A DNA stretch of 63,842 nucleotides, counting the filler, from Octopus bimaculoides (lineage: Eukaryota): NCBI RefSeq assembly GCF_001194135.2. It is 6 parts of 6 records of this genome, joined end to end, with 100 filler letters (N's around TTAATTAATTAA, not from the genome) between each part and the next. Parts side by side here need not be neighbours in the genome. Positions count along the whole stretch, not along the records: positions 42,975 to 54,033 come from NC_068985.1; positions 54,134 to 57,363 come from NC_068993.1; positions 57,464 to 61,682 come from NC_068986.1; 3 more parts are not named here. One strand, 5' to 3'. The notes beneath the pieces are model-generated. The model saw only the letters and a list, made by a program, of their open reading frames with translations. It did not search any database and was not told the DNA's origin. Within the stretch, counting starts at the first letter, position 1. Each line of letters opens with the position of its first letter. Made by a program: the position numbers and the translations under genes. Positions 47,640-61,261 of this stretch are shown here, one piece after another.

Positions 47640-48990
47640 ATCAACCTTGGATCTTTACCCACTTCTGTTTAGTAGAACTTGTTCCTACTCTTAGCTGCTT
47701 CTCATTCGACGGTGTCTGGGGTGGCTATAGCCCCAGAATGATACCCAACTATGCTACTCTGCTTGTTAGCCCTGTTGAGACTCAGATCCTTACAGAGTTT
47801 GCAGGCCCCTGGCGCAACGCTATGTAGAGTTTACATCATTGACTGTTTCAGTGCCATCTCCCTCTTCTGTGAATATCTCAACACATTCATCATTTCAACT
47901 CGCTTCATTCCTCTCTAGAATTCACTTCCTCCATTTCTGACACCACAGTTAACTTTCTTGACATCTCTGTTGTCATCGATCACCCCACCATTGCCCTCAC
48001 CACCTTTTACAAACCTGTCGACTCCCACTTTTATGCTGTCTTCGTCTCCTCCCACTCTACCTACACTAAACAATCTACTCGTTACTCACAATTCCTCTAC
48101 CTCAGCCTTCACTGTAGCCGCCAATATGATTGTAAAACGTAATTTCAATGCGTAGTCCAACAACTCACTCGACTCGAATACTCCCCAGCCTAGTCTAAGC
48201 TGCCTTCACTCGCAGCCTTAAAATAAACCACACCTTCATCCTTCCTTCCCACATCCGTGCCATCAAAAGTTTTCCTTTCCCTCTTCACTACCACCCCTCT
48301 ATTCTATCTCATGCACAATCCAAATCCTCCAGACAAACACCTCAACTACCTTCATCTTCTCCAACCTACTCAGCCCGCCTTTAAGTGCTTCGGTAACCTA
48401 CGTTGCCAGTTCGTCCGTGGCTCACTCCTTCCCTAACCTCAAATCCGACCGGGATCATTTGCTTGCTAATACGCACGTCACTTCTTTTCCAACTCTTACG
48501 CTGTTCTCCTCACTGGACCAACCACCACTCCTTCCATATATCAGACTCCTTCATCTACGCATCTACCAATCTTATTTATTGCTTAAAATGCCCTTACGGC
48601 AAATCCTAATCAGACCGAACAACGTTGTTCTGACTGTTTTACAGAAAACCTGCAGGACATCCGTCTTGACCCTTCATTACATGACAATTCTGTTTTATGA
48701 AGCATTCAATCTGGCAGATCTTCGTGTTCAGCATAGGTGTAGTCATATCAGTGTTTCCTCAGGCTCAAGTCTCCAACGAGAGCAAACTCTCATTTTCACT
48801 CAAACATTTACTCCTTGCAGACCAAATGACAAATTTTTCTTCCCGTTTTTCTTTTTCTTTCATTCTTTCTCTTTTTTGTCGTTTTAATCCTTTCTGTCGA
48901 AGAGAGTAGGCACGAAACGTAAAATACTTTTCCATTATCCCCGAGCGTTAAACTAATACACCTGCTTCTTGTTCCTACATCTGTCATATA
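47640..48990 (+). mobile_element. Decayed Penelope-like element (Neptune-type RT plus GIY-YIG)
   Basis: LVELVPTLSCFSFDG, ETQILTEF, LEFTSSISDTTVNFLDISV and YKPVDSH are RT/thumb motifs. ASTNLIYCLKCP is the GIY-YIG region. A degenerate GAAGA...GAAACG ribozyme-like tail lies near 48900. Confidence 0.8.
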
Positions 48991-50699
48991 GCTATATTAT
49001 TATTATTATTAAAAGTCAGATTGAATCCTATTTGCTTGCCAAGCTGGCGCATAATGGGAAAATACTATGAATAAGTTTTCCCTGAAAAGTAAATAAGAAC
49101 GGAATGAACAGATTTCGCGTAAATCAGATAAGTGGTGTGGAGATATTAGGCGTTTTCGGGCTATAAATACCCAAAACGGTGCCTTAATGGGGAAAGCCTC
49201 TGAAAATAATCTTTATCCTGAAAGGGAAGAAACTCTTATCATTCGATTAGACAGTGACTTAAAGAAAAAATACAATTTGTTTTTTACAATAAACTCGCTG
49301 GCCCCGTGCCGTCAACAATGACAGTTAATTGTAGTATTTTATATATAAATAAGGTACATAATGATCTCACATACAATCATTCACATACTTCCCTTGTACA
49401 CACACACACACATACATATACTCACACAGAGTTGAAACGATATCTGATTTTTCTTTTCAGCGTTGAATGTTCACTCACACATACAAGCATTCACATTTTG
49501 CTATCACTCCTTCATTCCTTATTTATTTACCACCCCTTCCTTCCTTATTCATCTGCCACCCCTTCCTTCCTCATTCATATGTTGTGACGGAGAAAAGCAC
49601 ATGAGTATTATTATAGTAGAAAGACTGTTTCTATTTTCTCTCTTGTTAAGCACAATATTTTAATCATTTAGAAATATTTTTAAGTGAATGTGATTTCAAA
49701 AATGTAAGTTGTTTGTGCAGTGAGTATTTATATTTTACTTTTCTTTAATCAGACAATATTTTGATGCTTTTATAATTATTTTCAAGTGAATATCATTACA
49801 AAAATTTTTTGGCATATTTAAAAACTATTTTAAAGTGAAAATGACTTTAAAAACACGGTAGATATTTCGTAAAAGACACGACCCGTTCGTAAGATGGGTG
49901 TGAAATAGTTTTTTCTATAGGTTTTTTTTTTTTTTGCGAGTGCATTCAACGTATCTCACCTCCAAAGATTTGGGTGCTGTTTCTAGCACACCCTTCTACC
50001 ACGTAACAGCTATTTGCGATAAAGGACCCGAAATATCTGTTACGTGGTAGAAATAGCAGCCAAATCTTTCCTTTTGTGGGGAAAAGAGTCATTTATGCGT
50101 GATTTCGATGTCACATTCGTTGAAAGCGTGCGAAATAACCTGGAAAAGAAAAAACCACGGAACAAAATTTAGTTTCCCGGTGACCCAACGATCCACGAGT
50201 AGTCTAGTATATATATATATATATATATAATAATTTTTTTCCAGAGGATGTAGCAACCGTTACCAATATAGCATAAGAACTTACCTTAGGAGATCATTAA
50301 TTAGATTCCTTAAGGGTCGTTCTCACAGTTTATATTTATATCATAAGATTTTTAAACTTTTAAATTTTCATATTCAAAAGAGACAGAGACTTCAAATTCG
50401 AATTCGAAGTCTCTNNNNNNNNNNNNNNNNNNNNNNNNNNNNNNNNNNNNNNNNNNNNNNNNNNNNNNNNNNNNNNNNNNNNNNNNNNNNNNNTGCGTGA
50501 TTTCGATGTCACATTCGTTGAAAGCGTGCGAAATAACCTGGAAAAGAAAAAACCACGGAACAAAATTTAGTTTCCCGGTGACCCAACGATCCACGAGTAG
50601 TCTAGTATATATATATATATATACGTGTGTGTGTGTCTGTGTATCAAGCAATCTCAAGCCATATGAACGGCCACACCATGGATAAGTAGGAAGGACTCG

Positions 50700-51340
50700 A
50701 TAAAAATAAGCAAAAAATTCGGCCTCTTAATGACAGTTACCACCAACTTGACCACAGTCGACTTCCTAGACGTGACCCAAGATCAGGAAACGGGCAAGTA
50801 CTACCCTTGCAGGAAGCCCAACGAGGAACTGTGTACAGAAGACCGAATCACCCCACTCCCCATCCCCACTGTAATTAGAAATCTAGTCTCAGCCTTAGCC
50901 GAAGAATATCGAAGCTTTCAACCCATAGGGAGATCTTTAACAGGATTGTTCCCCACTACAATGACGCATTGGTGAGGAGTGGATTCACAGAGGAATTAGC
51001 ATATAAGTAGAACCCAGAACCCCCACACCGGAACCCGAAGAGGACCAGAAAGATAAATCTGGTTCAACCCTCTATTTAATCTATAAGTTTTCACCAGCGT
51101 AGCCAGAGGTTTCTTGTCATTGATTAAGAAGCATTTCCTCAGGGACCACAAGTACTATAAGCTCTTCAATCCGCATAATGTCATGGTGAGCCACTCTTAC
51201 TAAGATAATATCACTTCTAACATTGCATGCTACAGCATGCACAAACATACAGCTGCACAAACTCCAAACTCAAGCTGTAACTTCCGAAAACCTACCAGCT
51301 GCCGTCTAGGAGGATCCTGCCTCTCAAGAGTTATATGTCA
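50700..51340 (+). mobile_element. Decayed Penelope-like element (Penelope/Poseidon-type RT C-terminus and linker)
   Basis: GLLMTVTTNLTTVDFLDVT...GKYYPCRKPN, YNDALVRSGF, IWFNP, FLSLIKKHF and CN.RKPTSC.LGGSCL. Confidence 0.85.
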
Positions 51341-51631
51341 TCGAACGACAAAACAACTTTCACCATATCTACTTGTCAGTCCAGATAGCTAGACTTGCTC
51401 TTTCTCTCTCCTTTTTTCATCAATCTTCTAGCAGTCACCAAAAGATGAATTTAACTACCCACAGGCTGGTTAAGAGAACGGTAATTTATCATTATGTAAC
51501 AATTCGAAAAAGCTGTATCTCACAAATAAGGAGTTAATATTTTTCTTCCTCTCATTTATTTTGCAACATATTATCGTTACACTTAGTGACGTCGAGATGC
51601 AAACATGTGCATATAATCGCTACATGTGTGC

Positions 51632-51701
<70 letters not shown>

Positions 51702-51726
51702 GATTAAGTTTATCGTTTGTTTACAG

Positions 51727-51830
51727 AGCTGGAAGTCAACGTCTGCAGAGAAAACATTCAACATGAACATGAAGGCAATTCCAAAGGTGGTAGTTCCGAG
51801 GAAGAAAAATCGCAGCTGATGCAAAACTAA
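51727..51830 (+). CDS. Candidate terminal coding exon of an unidentified gene
   Basis: Acceptor ttatcgtttgtttacAG, then ELEVNVCRENIQHEHEGNSKGGSSEEEKSQLMQN* with TAA at 51828-51830. The peptide looks like a cytoplasmic tail; no homology recognised. Confidence 0.35.
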
Positions 51831-53630
51831 TGGACGTTATTAAAGTTGAGAAAATTTTTCAGCAGTTTGACATTTTGGTTTCTTTAACATTGCAGGTACA
51901 GTGTTTACTGGATTAAAATATATTTATGATATGGAGAAATCTTGTGTGACGTGAGGGTAAATGAAGTTTTTCTTTAGGAGAAAGTTAAAATTTGTCCTTA
52001 ATGAGAAGATATTTGTTGGTTGATTGCTTCGAGATAAATGTTACCGCATTTTCCGGCGCACAAGTCAAATTTTTGCAAACCAAAATTTAAACCCAAATTT
52101 ACAGCCAAAATTTATAGCCTAAACAGGTTGGCGACTTATAAACCATAACGACTTTGGAGGACCAAAAATTCCGTGTGAAATGCATCAAGATTAGAAAAGA
52201 CAGTGACGATGTTTGAACGTTTATACTATACGTTTGTACTATATACTAAGTCGACTTGTATGACGGAAAATACGGTAACCACTTAAAAAATATTTCATAA
52301 AGCCCTTTTAAAATTTGCGACGTGTTAGAATCATATAAGAAATATTTTCAATTATCCTTGTAACAAATAAGTGAATTCTGTCTTAACCTTCGTTTTGTCT
52401 TTGTTTTTGTTTTCGTTTTTGTTCTTTGTTTTCTTTTTTCCAGTAAGATCACATCTCTTAGTCATTGATTCTCGATTTAAGATACTCATTCTTTTTCAAA
52501 GACGGTGTGGGTGTGAATTTAATGGGAAACTAACTACTATTTCCAGCTAGTTCATAAATTGTACGTTTGTAAATATTTTCCCCTATTTAATCCATATCTT
52601 CCATAATGATGTCAGACACATTGATTGTCAGTCTGTAGTCAGTCCGTTACCGGATGGTGTTTAATAGGTTATTGTAGTATGACTATTGTTCTCGAAACCC
52701 TGATTTTGTACGTCACACACACACAAACATATATACATACATAATAATGCAACCAAAACTTACATGCATACATATGTATANNNNNNNNNNNNNNNNNNNN
52801 NNNNNNNNNNNNNNNNNNNNNNNNNNNNNNNNNNNNNNNNNNNNNNNNNNNNNNNNNNNNNNNNNNNNNNNNNNNNNNNNNNNNNNNNNNNNNNNNNNNN
52901 NNNNNNNNNNNNNNNNNNNNNNNNNNNNNNNNNNNNNNNNNNNNNNNNNNNNNNNTTTTTCACTATCTAATCAACTTCACATTTTGTTATTATTGTTGTT
53001 TTTGCTGTTGTATACTTTTGTAGGGTAAACATTGATTTAGTATAAAAAATAAAAATTACTGTATTTTGTTCCGAAGAGGGGCGACACTACGTTTAATTCG
53101 TTAGAAATAGCAGTCAGATCTCTTTCCAATAAAAACAAACCGCCTTAGTAAATAAAAGAAATAGAAAGACATGTTAGACAAAACAATCCCATGAATAGAT
53201 ATAAACACACATATACACACAAATACACACACACATACACATGCACACAAACATGCTTCAGTCATTGGACTGGACCATGCCGAGACACCGACATGAAGCG
53301 TTTTGTCGAACAAACTGACATCTGTTCTTGTTATTTTCTTTTTTATAATGTCTGGCTCTTATTCTACCAGTGCCTTCGAGCCAAGCCTATAAATAACATG
53401 AATGTAAACAAAACGATACCAGATGCCAAGGGTTGGGAGAAACACAAGCACAAACTTACACCCCAAATACGATGGACATCCACACTTTCTGTCTACCAAA
53501 TTCACTCATAAAGCATTGGTCGGTGGGACCGAAATCAAAACCATAGCGTTGCAAAGTGAGTTTCTTAACAAAACAGCCATCCTTGAGCCTAGACACATAC
53601 ATACATACACGCATCCACATATATATAAGT

Positions 53631-53661
<31 letters not shown>

Positions 53662-53699
53662 CATACATACATACATACATACATACATACATACATACA

Positions 53700-53735
<36 letters not shown>

Positions 53736-54033
53736 TATATATGCATATATATACATACATATATACTCTTTTACTCTTTTATTTGTTTCAGTAATTTGAC
53801 TGTGGTCATGCTGGAGCACCGCCTTTAGTCGAGCAAATCGATCCCAGGACTTATTCTTTGCAAGCCTAGCACTTATTCTATCGGTCTTCGTTGCCGAACT
53901 GCCAAGTTACGGGGACGCAAACACACCACCATCGGTTGTCAAGCGATGGTGGGGAGACAAACACAGACACACAAACACACACACACGCATATATATATAT
54001 ATACATATATACGACGGACTTCTTTCAGTTTCC

Positions 54034-54133
54034 NNNNNNNNNNNNNNNNNNNNNNNNNNNNNNNNNNNNNNNNNNNNTTAATTAATTAANNNNNNNNNNN
54101 NNNNNNNNNNNNNNNNNNNNNNNNNNNNNNNNN
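54034..54133. other. Artificial scaffold linker
   Basis: 44 N + TTAATTAATTAA (54078-54089) + 44 N. Confidence 0.95.
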
Positions 54134-54488
54134 ATAAGAATAATATAATACGAGGGTGGAGAATATCCGGCTTTAATAATAGATCACAACATTTATTTAT
54201 GCAACGCAGAGCAGTTTTAAGTTGCTCATTTTACAGTCATATACCATTATAGAAGAATATTCTTTATAATCATTATATAGTTGAATATTTTTCAGCAACA
54301 ACCGTATGTAAGCGCGTCATCGGGTGGAATAGATATATAATATTTGCATGCATATATGTGTATGTGGTATATGTATGTACACACACATATCACACACACA
54401 TACACATATACACATACACACACACACATAAACACATATTTATACATAAGAATATTTTTCAATAAAAGAATCCCGGTTAATCGTTTAC

Positions 54489-54589
54489 CACAGCGAACTG
54501 AACAGCCCCGGATCTTCCGGGCGACCGGTATGTTGAACTGCAAAACATACGTCGAACTTTTACGTAGACATCTGAGCCGCGGTACTCAC
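54489..54589 (-). CDS. Candidate internal exon (101 nt), product unknown
   Basis: Acceptor cttatttcccatttcttAG and donor GTG|GTAAAC. GC/CpG-rich island with one open frame: GEYRGSDVYVKVRRMFCSSTYRSPGRSGAVQFAV. Confidence 0.25.
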
Positions 54590-54794
54590 CTAAGAAATGG
54601 GAAATAAGAGGTTAATGAATGCAGTGGGGAGATGGGTAATAGTCATTTAGAGGTGTTGGTCCGTGTGGAGGGGGTAAAAAAAAAGTGAGGATAAGGTAAT
54701 ACATTCCACCTGACGTTGAGCTGACCTAAACATACCTGGATCGTTAACTGGTTTATGTAAATGCTATAGTGAATTTTGAATCACACAGTATAAT

Positions 54795-54841
<47 letters not shown>

Positions 54842-56578
54842 AATACAAGCATGTACGTACAGCAGATATGTATATATACAAGTAGATATATATACACACA
54901 CGTGTGACCGCGTGTAGGTGCACGTGTGTAAGCGTATATATGTATGTGCTTGTATATGTATATATTTATATATGTATATACGTGTGTGTGTGTACGTCTT
55001 GTCAAGTGCCTTTATATTAGTGTGAGAGAAAACTATAAAAGGTTGCCATGAGAACCACGAGACTTGTCACGTGAGTGTTATTTTCTGGTTTCTAATACAA
55101 ATTGTTAGTATCATGTATGTGTAGATATGTAGGTAGGTATATACATACATTCATACAAACTTACATATACACACATATGAACATATATATATGTATATAT
55201 ATATATGTGTATATATATAATATATATATAATATATACACTAATATATACTAATATATACTTTTGTTATTTACACCACCTGTCCTCGTCTGTTGTTATTA
55301 TTTGTATATTCTCCCATATATATATATATACCCTTTACTCTTTTACTCTTATACTTTTTTTAGTAATNNNNNNNNNNNNNNNNNNNNNNNNNNNNNNNNN
55401 NNNNNNNNNNNNNNNNNNNNNNNNNNNNNNNNNNNNNNNNNNNNNNNNNNNNNNNNNNNNNNNNNNNNNNNNNNNNNNNNNNNNNNNNNNNNNNNNNNNN
55501 NNNNNNNNNNNNNNNNNNNNNNNNNNNNNNNNNNNNNNNNNNNNNNNNNNNNNNNNNNNNNNNNNNNNNNNNNNNNNNNNNNNNNNNNNNNNNNNNNNNN
55601 NNNNNNNNNNNNNNNNNNNNNNNNNNNNNNNNNNNNNNNNNNNNNNNNNNNNNNNNNNNNNNNNNNNNNNNNNNNNNNNNNNNNNNNNNNNNNNNNNNNN
55701 NNNNNNNNNNNNNNNNNNNNNNNNNNNNNNNNNNNNNNNNNNNNNNNNNNNNNNNNNNNNNNNNNNNNNNNNNNNNNNNNNNNNNNNNNNNNNNNNNNNN
55801 NNNNNNNNNNNNNNNNNNNNNNNNNNNNNNNNNNNNNNNNNNNNNNNNNNNNNNNNNNNNNNNNNNNNNNNNNNNNNNNNNNNNNNNNNNNNNNNNNNNN
55901 NNNNNNNNNNNNNNNNNNNNNNNNNNNNNNNNNNNNNNNNNNNNNNNNNNNNNNNNNNNNNNNNNNNNNNNNNNNNNNNNNNNNNNNNNNNNNNNNNNNN
56001 NNNNNNNNNNNNNNNNNNNNNNNNNNNNACATGTTTATATATGTATAGCTAAACATGTTTAGTTATATATATATATATATAGCTACATAATTGTACATAT
56101 ATATTTATATATATATAAGAAAGCATGTGTATGTATATACATATACATATGTGTGTGTGTGTATATATATATATATGTATATATATATACAAATGGAAAT
56201 ATATGGAGATATTCCTGTATATAAAATTGTAAAGATTTTTACACTCACACACAAACACATATACACACACATACACACACATACACACACACACATATGT
56301 ATGTGTATGTATGTGTATACGCAAATACACACATATGTATTTATTATTTTTAAGCAAGGATATTACTGAGAGCGACTTCGTGGCTTTCGCCAGTAAGACA
56401 ACGTCCGACGATGGCTTAAATTTCTATTACTTCGAAGTGACTCTCAATGATATCCTTTTTTATGTCTAATAAATTTGTGTTCAACGAAAGTATTGAGTAC
56501 TCCATGAGATTAATTTAGAACAGCTTTTATTTTAACTCAACATCAAAACAAACACGCACCCTACATACACAGAGACAT

Positions 56579-56642
<64 letters not shown>

Positions 56643-56879
56643 GTAGAAGGTTGAAAAAGAACACACGAGTTGATATGTATAAGTAAAATAAGACAGTAGT
56701 AGAAAATGCTAAAATAGTTTTATGATGAAGAACGTTTTAGTACCCGTTTCAGACTTAGCGACTTTTTCAACTTAGAGGAAAGCATGAAAAACAATTAAAT
56801 TGTGGAAAAATTAAATTAAATGTTTTAAAAAAATATTTCTATATATGTATATATATACATATGCATGTGTATTCTTTTA

Positions 56880-57275
56880 TTCCTTTATTTTTTTCAGCCA
56901 TTTGACTGCGGTTATGCTGGAGCACTGCCTTTTGACGAACAAATCTACCCCAGGACTTATTCTTTCTAAGCTTACTTATTCTATGGGACTCTTTTCTCGA
57001 ACCACTAGATTACGGGGACGTAAACACACCAACATCGGTTGTCAAGTAATAGCATAGGTGGGGGGGGGGGCAAACACAGACACCCAATAACACACACACA
57101 CACACACACATATATATGTACGACGGGCTTCTTTCAGTTTCCGTCTACAAAATTCACTAACAAGGCTTTGGTCGGCCCGGGGCTATAGTAGTAGACACCC
57201 AAGTTGTCACGCAGGGGTGAATCCGGACCCATGTGACAGGGACGGAAGCTTCCTACCACACAGTCACGCATGCGC
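56880..57275 (-). mobile_element. SINE family B, near complete
   Basis: Tail half, central (CA)n(TA)n and head half are all contiguous. Confidence 0.8.
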
Positions 57276-57363
57276 CTATAACTTGGGCGTCTTTGCCAGG
57301 ATATATATATATTCACACAAATATCATTATATATCTCTACATACATATACGTTTATAACCAGT

Positions 57364-57463
57364 NNNNNNNNNNNNNNNNNNNNNNNNNNNNNNNNNNNNN
57401 NNNNNNNTTAATTAATTAANNNNNNNNNNNNNNNNNNNNNNNNNNNNNNNNNNNNNNNNNNNN
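57364..57463. other. Artificial scaffold linker
   Basis: 44 N + TTAATTAATTAA (57408-57419) + 44 N. Confidence 0.95.
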
Positions 57464-57505
<42 letters not shown>

Positions 57506-57757
57506 TATATGCATATTTAGAAACATACATATACACACGCACACACATACACACACAACGCAACACAGCACACACGCGCGCGCGCGCACAGCACAACACT
57601 AGAAGTTATTACTGGCAATTTTATTGCAATGATATTTCTTCAGTTAGCCTGTTGGGAACAATCACATAAAAGGCTTGTACAAGGAGTTATCAGATTTAAG
57701 CTGGCGGCACTGGATCACAAATATTTCCTTCCATTTGCCTTTCGTTTTCTCCTCTCC

Positions 57758-57915
57758 ATCATCATCCTCATCATTATCATCATCATCATCCTCATCATCA
57801 TCATCCTCATCATCATCACCCTCATCATCATCATCATCCTCATCATCATCATCCTCATCATCATCACCCTCATCATCATCACCTTCATCATCATCATCAT
57901 CCTCATCATCACTAT
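57758..57915. repeat. (CAT)n/(CCT) trinucleotide array
   Basis: Seen directly. Confidence 0.95.
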
Positions 57916-58036
57916 CAACTTCACCTTTCTCCCTTCCCCTTCCTCCTCCTACTTATCATCATTATTACTATTGATATAATCATTATTACCACAAATATAT
58001 ATGTGTGTGTATCTATATGTATGTAAGTATGTATGT

Positions 58037-58098
<62 letters not shown>

Positions 58099-58326
58099 NN
58101 NNNNNNNNNNNNNNNNNNNNNNNNNNNNNNNNNNNNNNNNNNNNNNNNNNNNNNNNNNNNNNNNNNNNNNNNNNNNNNNNNNNNNNNNNNNNNNNNNNNN
58201 NNNNNNNNNNNNNNNNNNNNNNNNNNNNNNNNNNNNNNNNNNNNNNNNNNNNNNNNNNNNNNNNNNNNNNNNNNNNNNNNNNNNNNNNNNNNNNNNNNNN
58301 NNNNNNNNNNNNNNNNNNNNNNNNNN

Positions 58327-58375
<49 letters not shown>

Positions 58376-58864
58376 AATGTTAAAGATGTCACAAAATACC
58401 TTTTTAGTCATTTATAATTTTAGTTTTTTACTTACACGTAAGCGAAATAAACAACAACAAAGAAAGAAAAAAAGAAAGAAAGAAAGAAAAGAACGATGCG
58501 TAATTAGCATAGTTACTGCACTTACACCAGCAACAATAGCAATAACAAGAACAGTGCCACCATCACCACCATCGCCACCACCACCACCACCACAACAACA
58601 ACAAAGACAACAACGAGGTAGAAGCAGCAGCAAGAGAAGCAGTAAAAGTTGAAGCACATCTTGGAGTTTTCGCAGTCAAAATCTGACGCTAAAATACTGG
58701 TAGCACGACAGAAGTCTAAGAAATTGTAGATAAGGCGATCTTTTTCGCTTGAAGCAGCGAACTTATTAAACCTGCAGCCACAATCAAAATAAGGAAACAC
58801 ATTTTTCTTTCCGATTTATCTTCAGAAAAGGATAACGGTAATAAAGACTGAAATAATAATAATA

Positions 58865-59240
58865 ATTTCAAATTTTGCCACAAGGAATGAAAGGCAAAGT
58901 CAACTTCGGCGCAATTTGAACTTAGAACGTAGCAACGGGCGAAGTACTGCTAAGCGTTTTCGTCCAGCGTGCTAACGATGCCGCCAGCTCGCCACATTAG
59001 TAATAATAATGATTATTATTATTATTATTATCATTTCAAATTTTGCCACAAGGGCATCAATTTTGGGAGAGGGATTAAGTCGATTACATCGACCCCAATG
59101 TTTGACTGGTACTTAATTTATCGACCCCGAATGGATGAAAGATAAAGTCGACCTCGGCGAAATTTGAACTCAGAACGTGGCGCCAGACGAAATACCCCGA
59201 AGCATTTCGCCCGGCGGGCTAACGATTCTTCCAGCTCGTT
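58865..59240 (-). mobile_element. Two tandem SINE family A copies separated by (TAA/TTA)n
   Basis: Both carry AAAGTCRACCTCGGCGNAATTTGAACTYAGAACGT and end in CCAGCTCG. Confidence 0.8.
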
Positions 59241-59280
59241 GCTTGTCATAATAATGATGATGATGATGATGATGATGATG

Positions 59281-59733
59281 TGTTCGCATCCAGTATGTCA
59301 TCTTCCTCCTCTTTTTCTTGGTACATACAGTCTGTCTATGTCACTTTTTAGGTGGAGTGTCCCATATCTAGTTAGCAACTTCCTTGTCTTTCTGTCTAAG
59401 CTGTTTAGTTTGTCTACTGTCCATGCGATTACCCCTGCTCCGTATCTAAGGAGTGAAACAGCCCAGCAGTTGATAGCTTCAATCTTATTCCGTCCGTTTA
59501 ATTTCGACTTAAGGATCAGTCTCAGTCTGCGCAAGTACTCCGCCTTAATTTTTTTTTTTTTTTTTTCCAGATTTCATACATTGACTCTGCGAATAATCCA
59601 GTCAATAATTACTACATGAGAGGCAAACAGGATATCGGCCTATAATTGTTTACCGTATTGCCCTTTCCGATGTTTTTTTTTTTCAAGCACAGCACTGTCC
59701 TACCCAATGTCAACCACTCTGGTGTTACTTGGT
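59281..59733 (-). mobile_element. Dong/R4-like LINE fragment with internal deletion (left arm of fold-back)
   Basis: [17 protein letters not shown]...[11 protein letters not shown] jumps through a poly-A run to EYLRRLRLILKSKLNGRNKIEAIN...IDRLYVPRKRGGR. Confidence 0.88.
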
Positions 59734-59741
59734 AAATGCCG

Positions 59742-60656
59742 ACCAAGTAACACCAGAGTGGTTGACATTGGATAAGGACGGTGCTATGCTTGAAAGATAT
59801 TGAAAAAGGCAATACGGTAGACAATTACAGGCCGATGTTCTGTTTCTCACTTATGTGGAAATTATTGACTGGATTACTCGTAGAGTCAATGTACGAACAT
59901 TTGGAAAAAAATAGAGTCCTGCCACATGAGCAGAAGGGTTACAAGCGTAAGTGCAGAGCTAACGAGGATCAACTCCTAGTAGACAAAACTGTACTTAGAG
60001 ACTGCAAGAGGAGGAAATATAACTTAGCCATGGCATGGATCGACTATCGTGAGGCGTATGATATGATCCCACACTCTTGGATAATGGAATGTATGAACCT
60101 ATTTGGTATTGCACCGAATGTTGAGCGATTGCTTGGAAAAAGTATGGTGAATTGGAGGACGGAAGTGAGAGCATATGGAAGAAGTTTAGGGACAATAGAA
60201 ATCAGGAGAGGCATCTTCCAAGGAGACTGCCTATCCCCACTGATCTTTGTACTGTGTTTGATACCACTAACACTGATTCTTAGGAAAGCAAAAACTGAGT
60301 ATGTATTCAAAAGCCGCCAGCATAAAGTCAACCATTTGTTATTCATGAATGACCTCAAACTTTATGGTAAAGATGAAGCCCAAGTCAGCTCCCTCGTTGA
60401 GACAGTGTATATTTTCAGTGCTGATATCAGAATGGAGTTCGAACCGAGAAAGTATGGTGTATTAGACTTGAAGAGAGGCAAAATCAAATGTATGGACGGG
60501 TTATCGATACCGTCGGGGGAGGTTATCAAGCAGATAGAAGAGACGGGCTATAAGTGCTTGGGGATTTTGGGAATGGATAAATTGCTGGAGAAAGAAATAA
60601 TAGAAAAAATGTATGGCGGAGTACTTGCGCAGACAGAGACTGATCCTTAAGTTGAA

Positions 60657-60660
<4 letters not shown>
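59742..60660 (+). mobile_element. Dong/R4-like LINE reverse transcriptase fragment (right arm of fold-back)
   Basis: 289-codon ORF with [36 protein letters not shown] and LLFMNDLKL. The catalytic FMDD is mutated to FMND. Confidence 0.92.
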
Positions 60661-60723
<63 letters not shown>

Positions 60724-61146
60724 AATGCAAAACAAGGTGGGAAAAGTAGTACTCGAATACCGAAGGTAGAGTAATATGCATTTTATTAAAGCTGCAAAAA
60801 TGTTCATACANNNNNNNNNNNNNNNNNNNNNNNNNNNNNNNNNNNNNNNNNNNNNNNNNNNNNNNNNNNNNNNNNNNNNNNNNNNNNNNNNNNNNNNNNN
60901 NNNNNNNNNNNNNNNNNNNNNNNNNNNNNNNNNNNNNNNNNNNNNNNNNNNNNNNNNNNNNNNNNNNNNNNNNNNNNNNNNNNNNNNNNNNNNNNNNNNN
61001 NNNNNNNNNNATATATATATATATATACGGATATATATATATACATACATATGTATATACATATATATCTATATATACATATATATACATATATATACAT
61101 ATGTATATACATTGTCTATCTATTTTTCTATCTATCTATATTTATA

Positions 61147-61190
<44 letters not shown>

Positions 61191-61224
61191 ATAAAGGGCA
61201 TTAACTATGTAGTAATGCCTCACG

Positions 61225-61261
<37 letters not shown>

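Noticed and set aside
48895-48930. Second intact hammerhead at the end of the Neptune-like element
   Set aside because: The core reads CTGTCGAAGA and stem II is disrupted. At best a degenerate relic.
50096-50620. Exact ~125-bp direct duplication (50096 and 50494) as a biological tandem repeat
   Set aside because: The second copy starts exactly at a gap edge and both end in (TA)n. Most likely a redundant contig overlap.
58640-58775. Minus-strand exon (RFNKFAASSEKDRLIYNFLDF…)
   Set aside because: A plausible acceptor exists, but there is no convincing donor before the frame runs into trinucleotide repeats.
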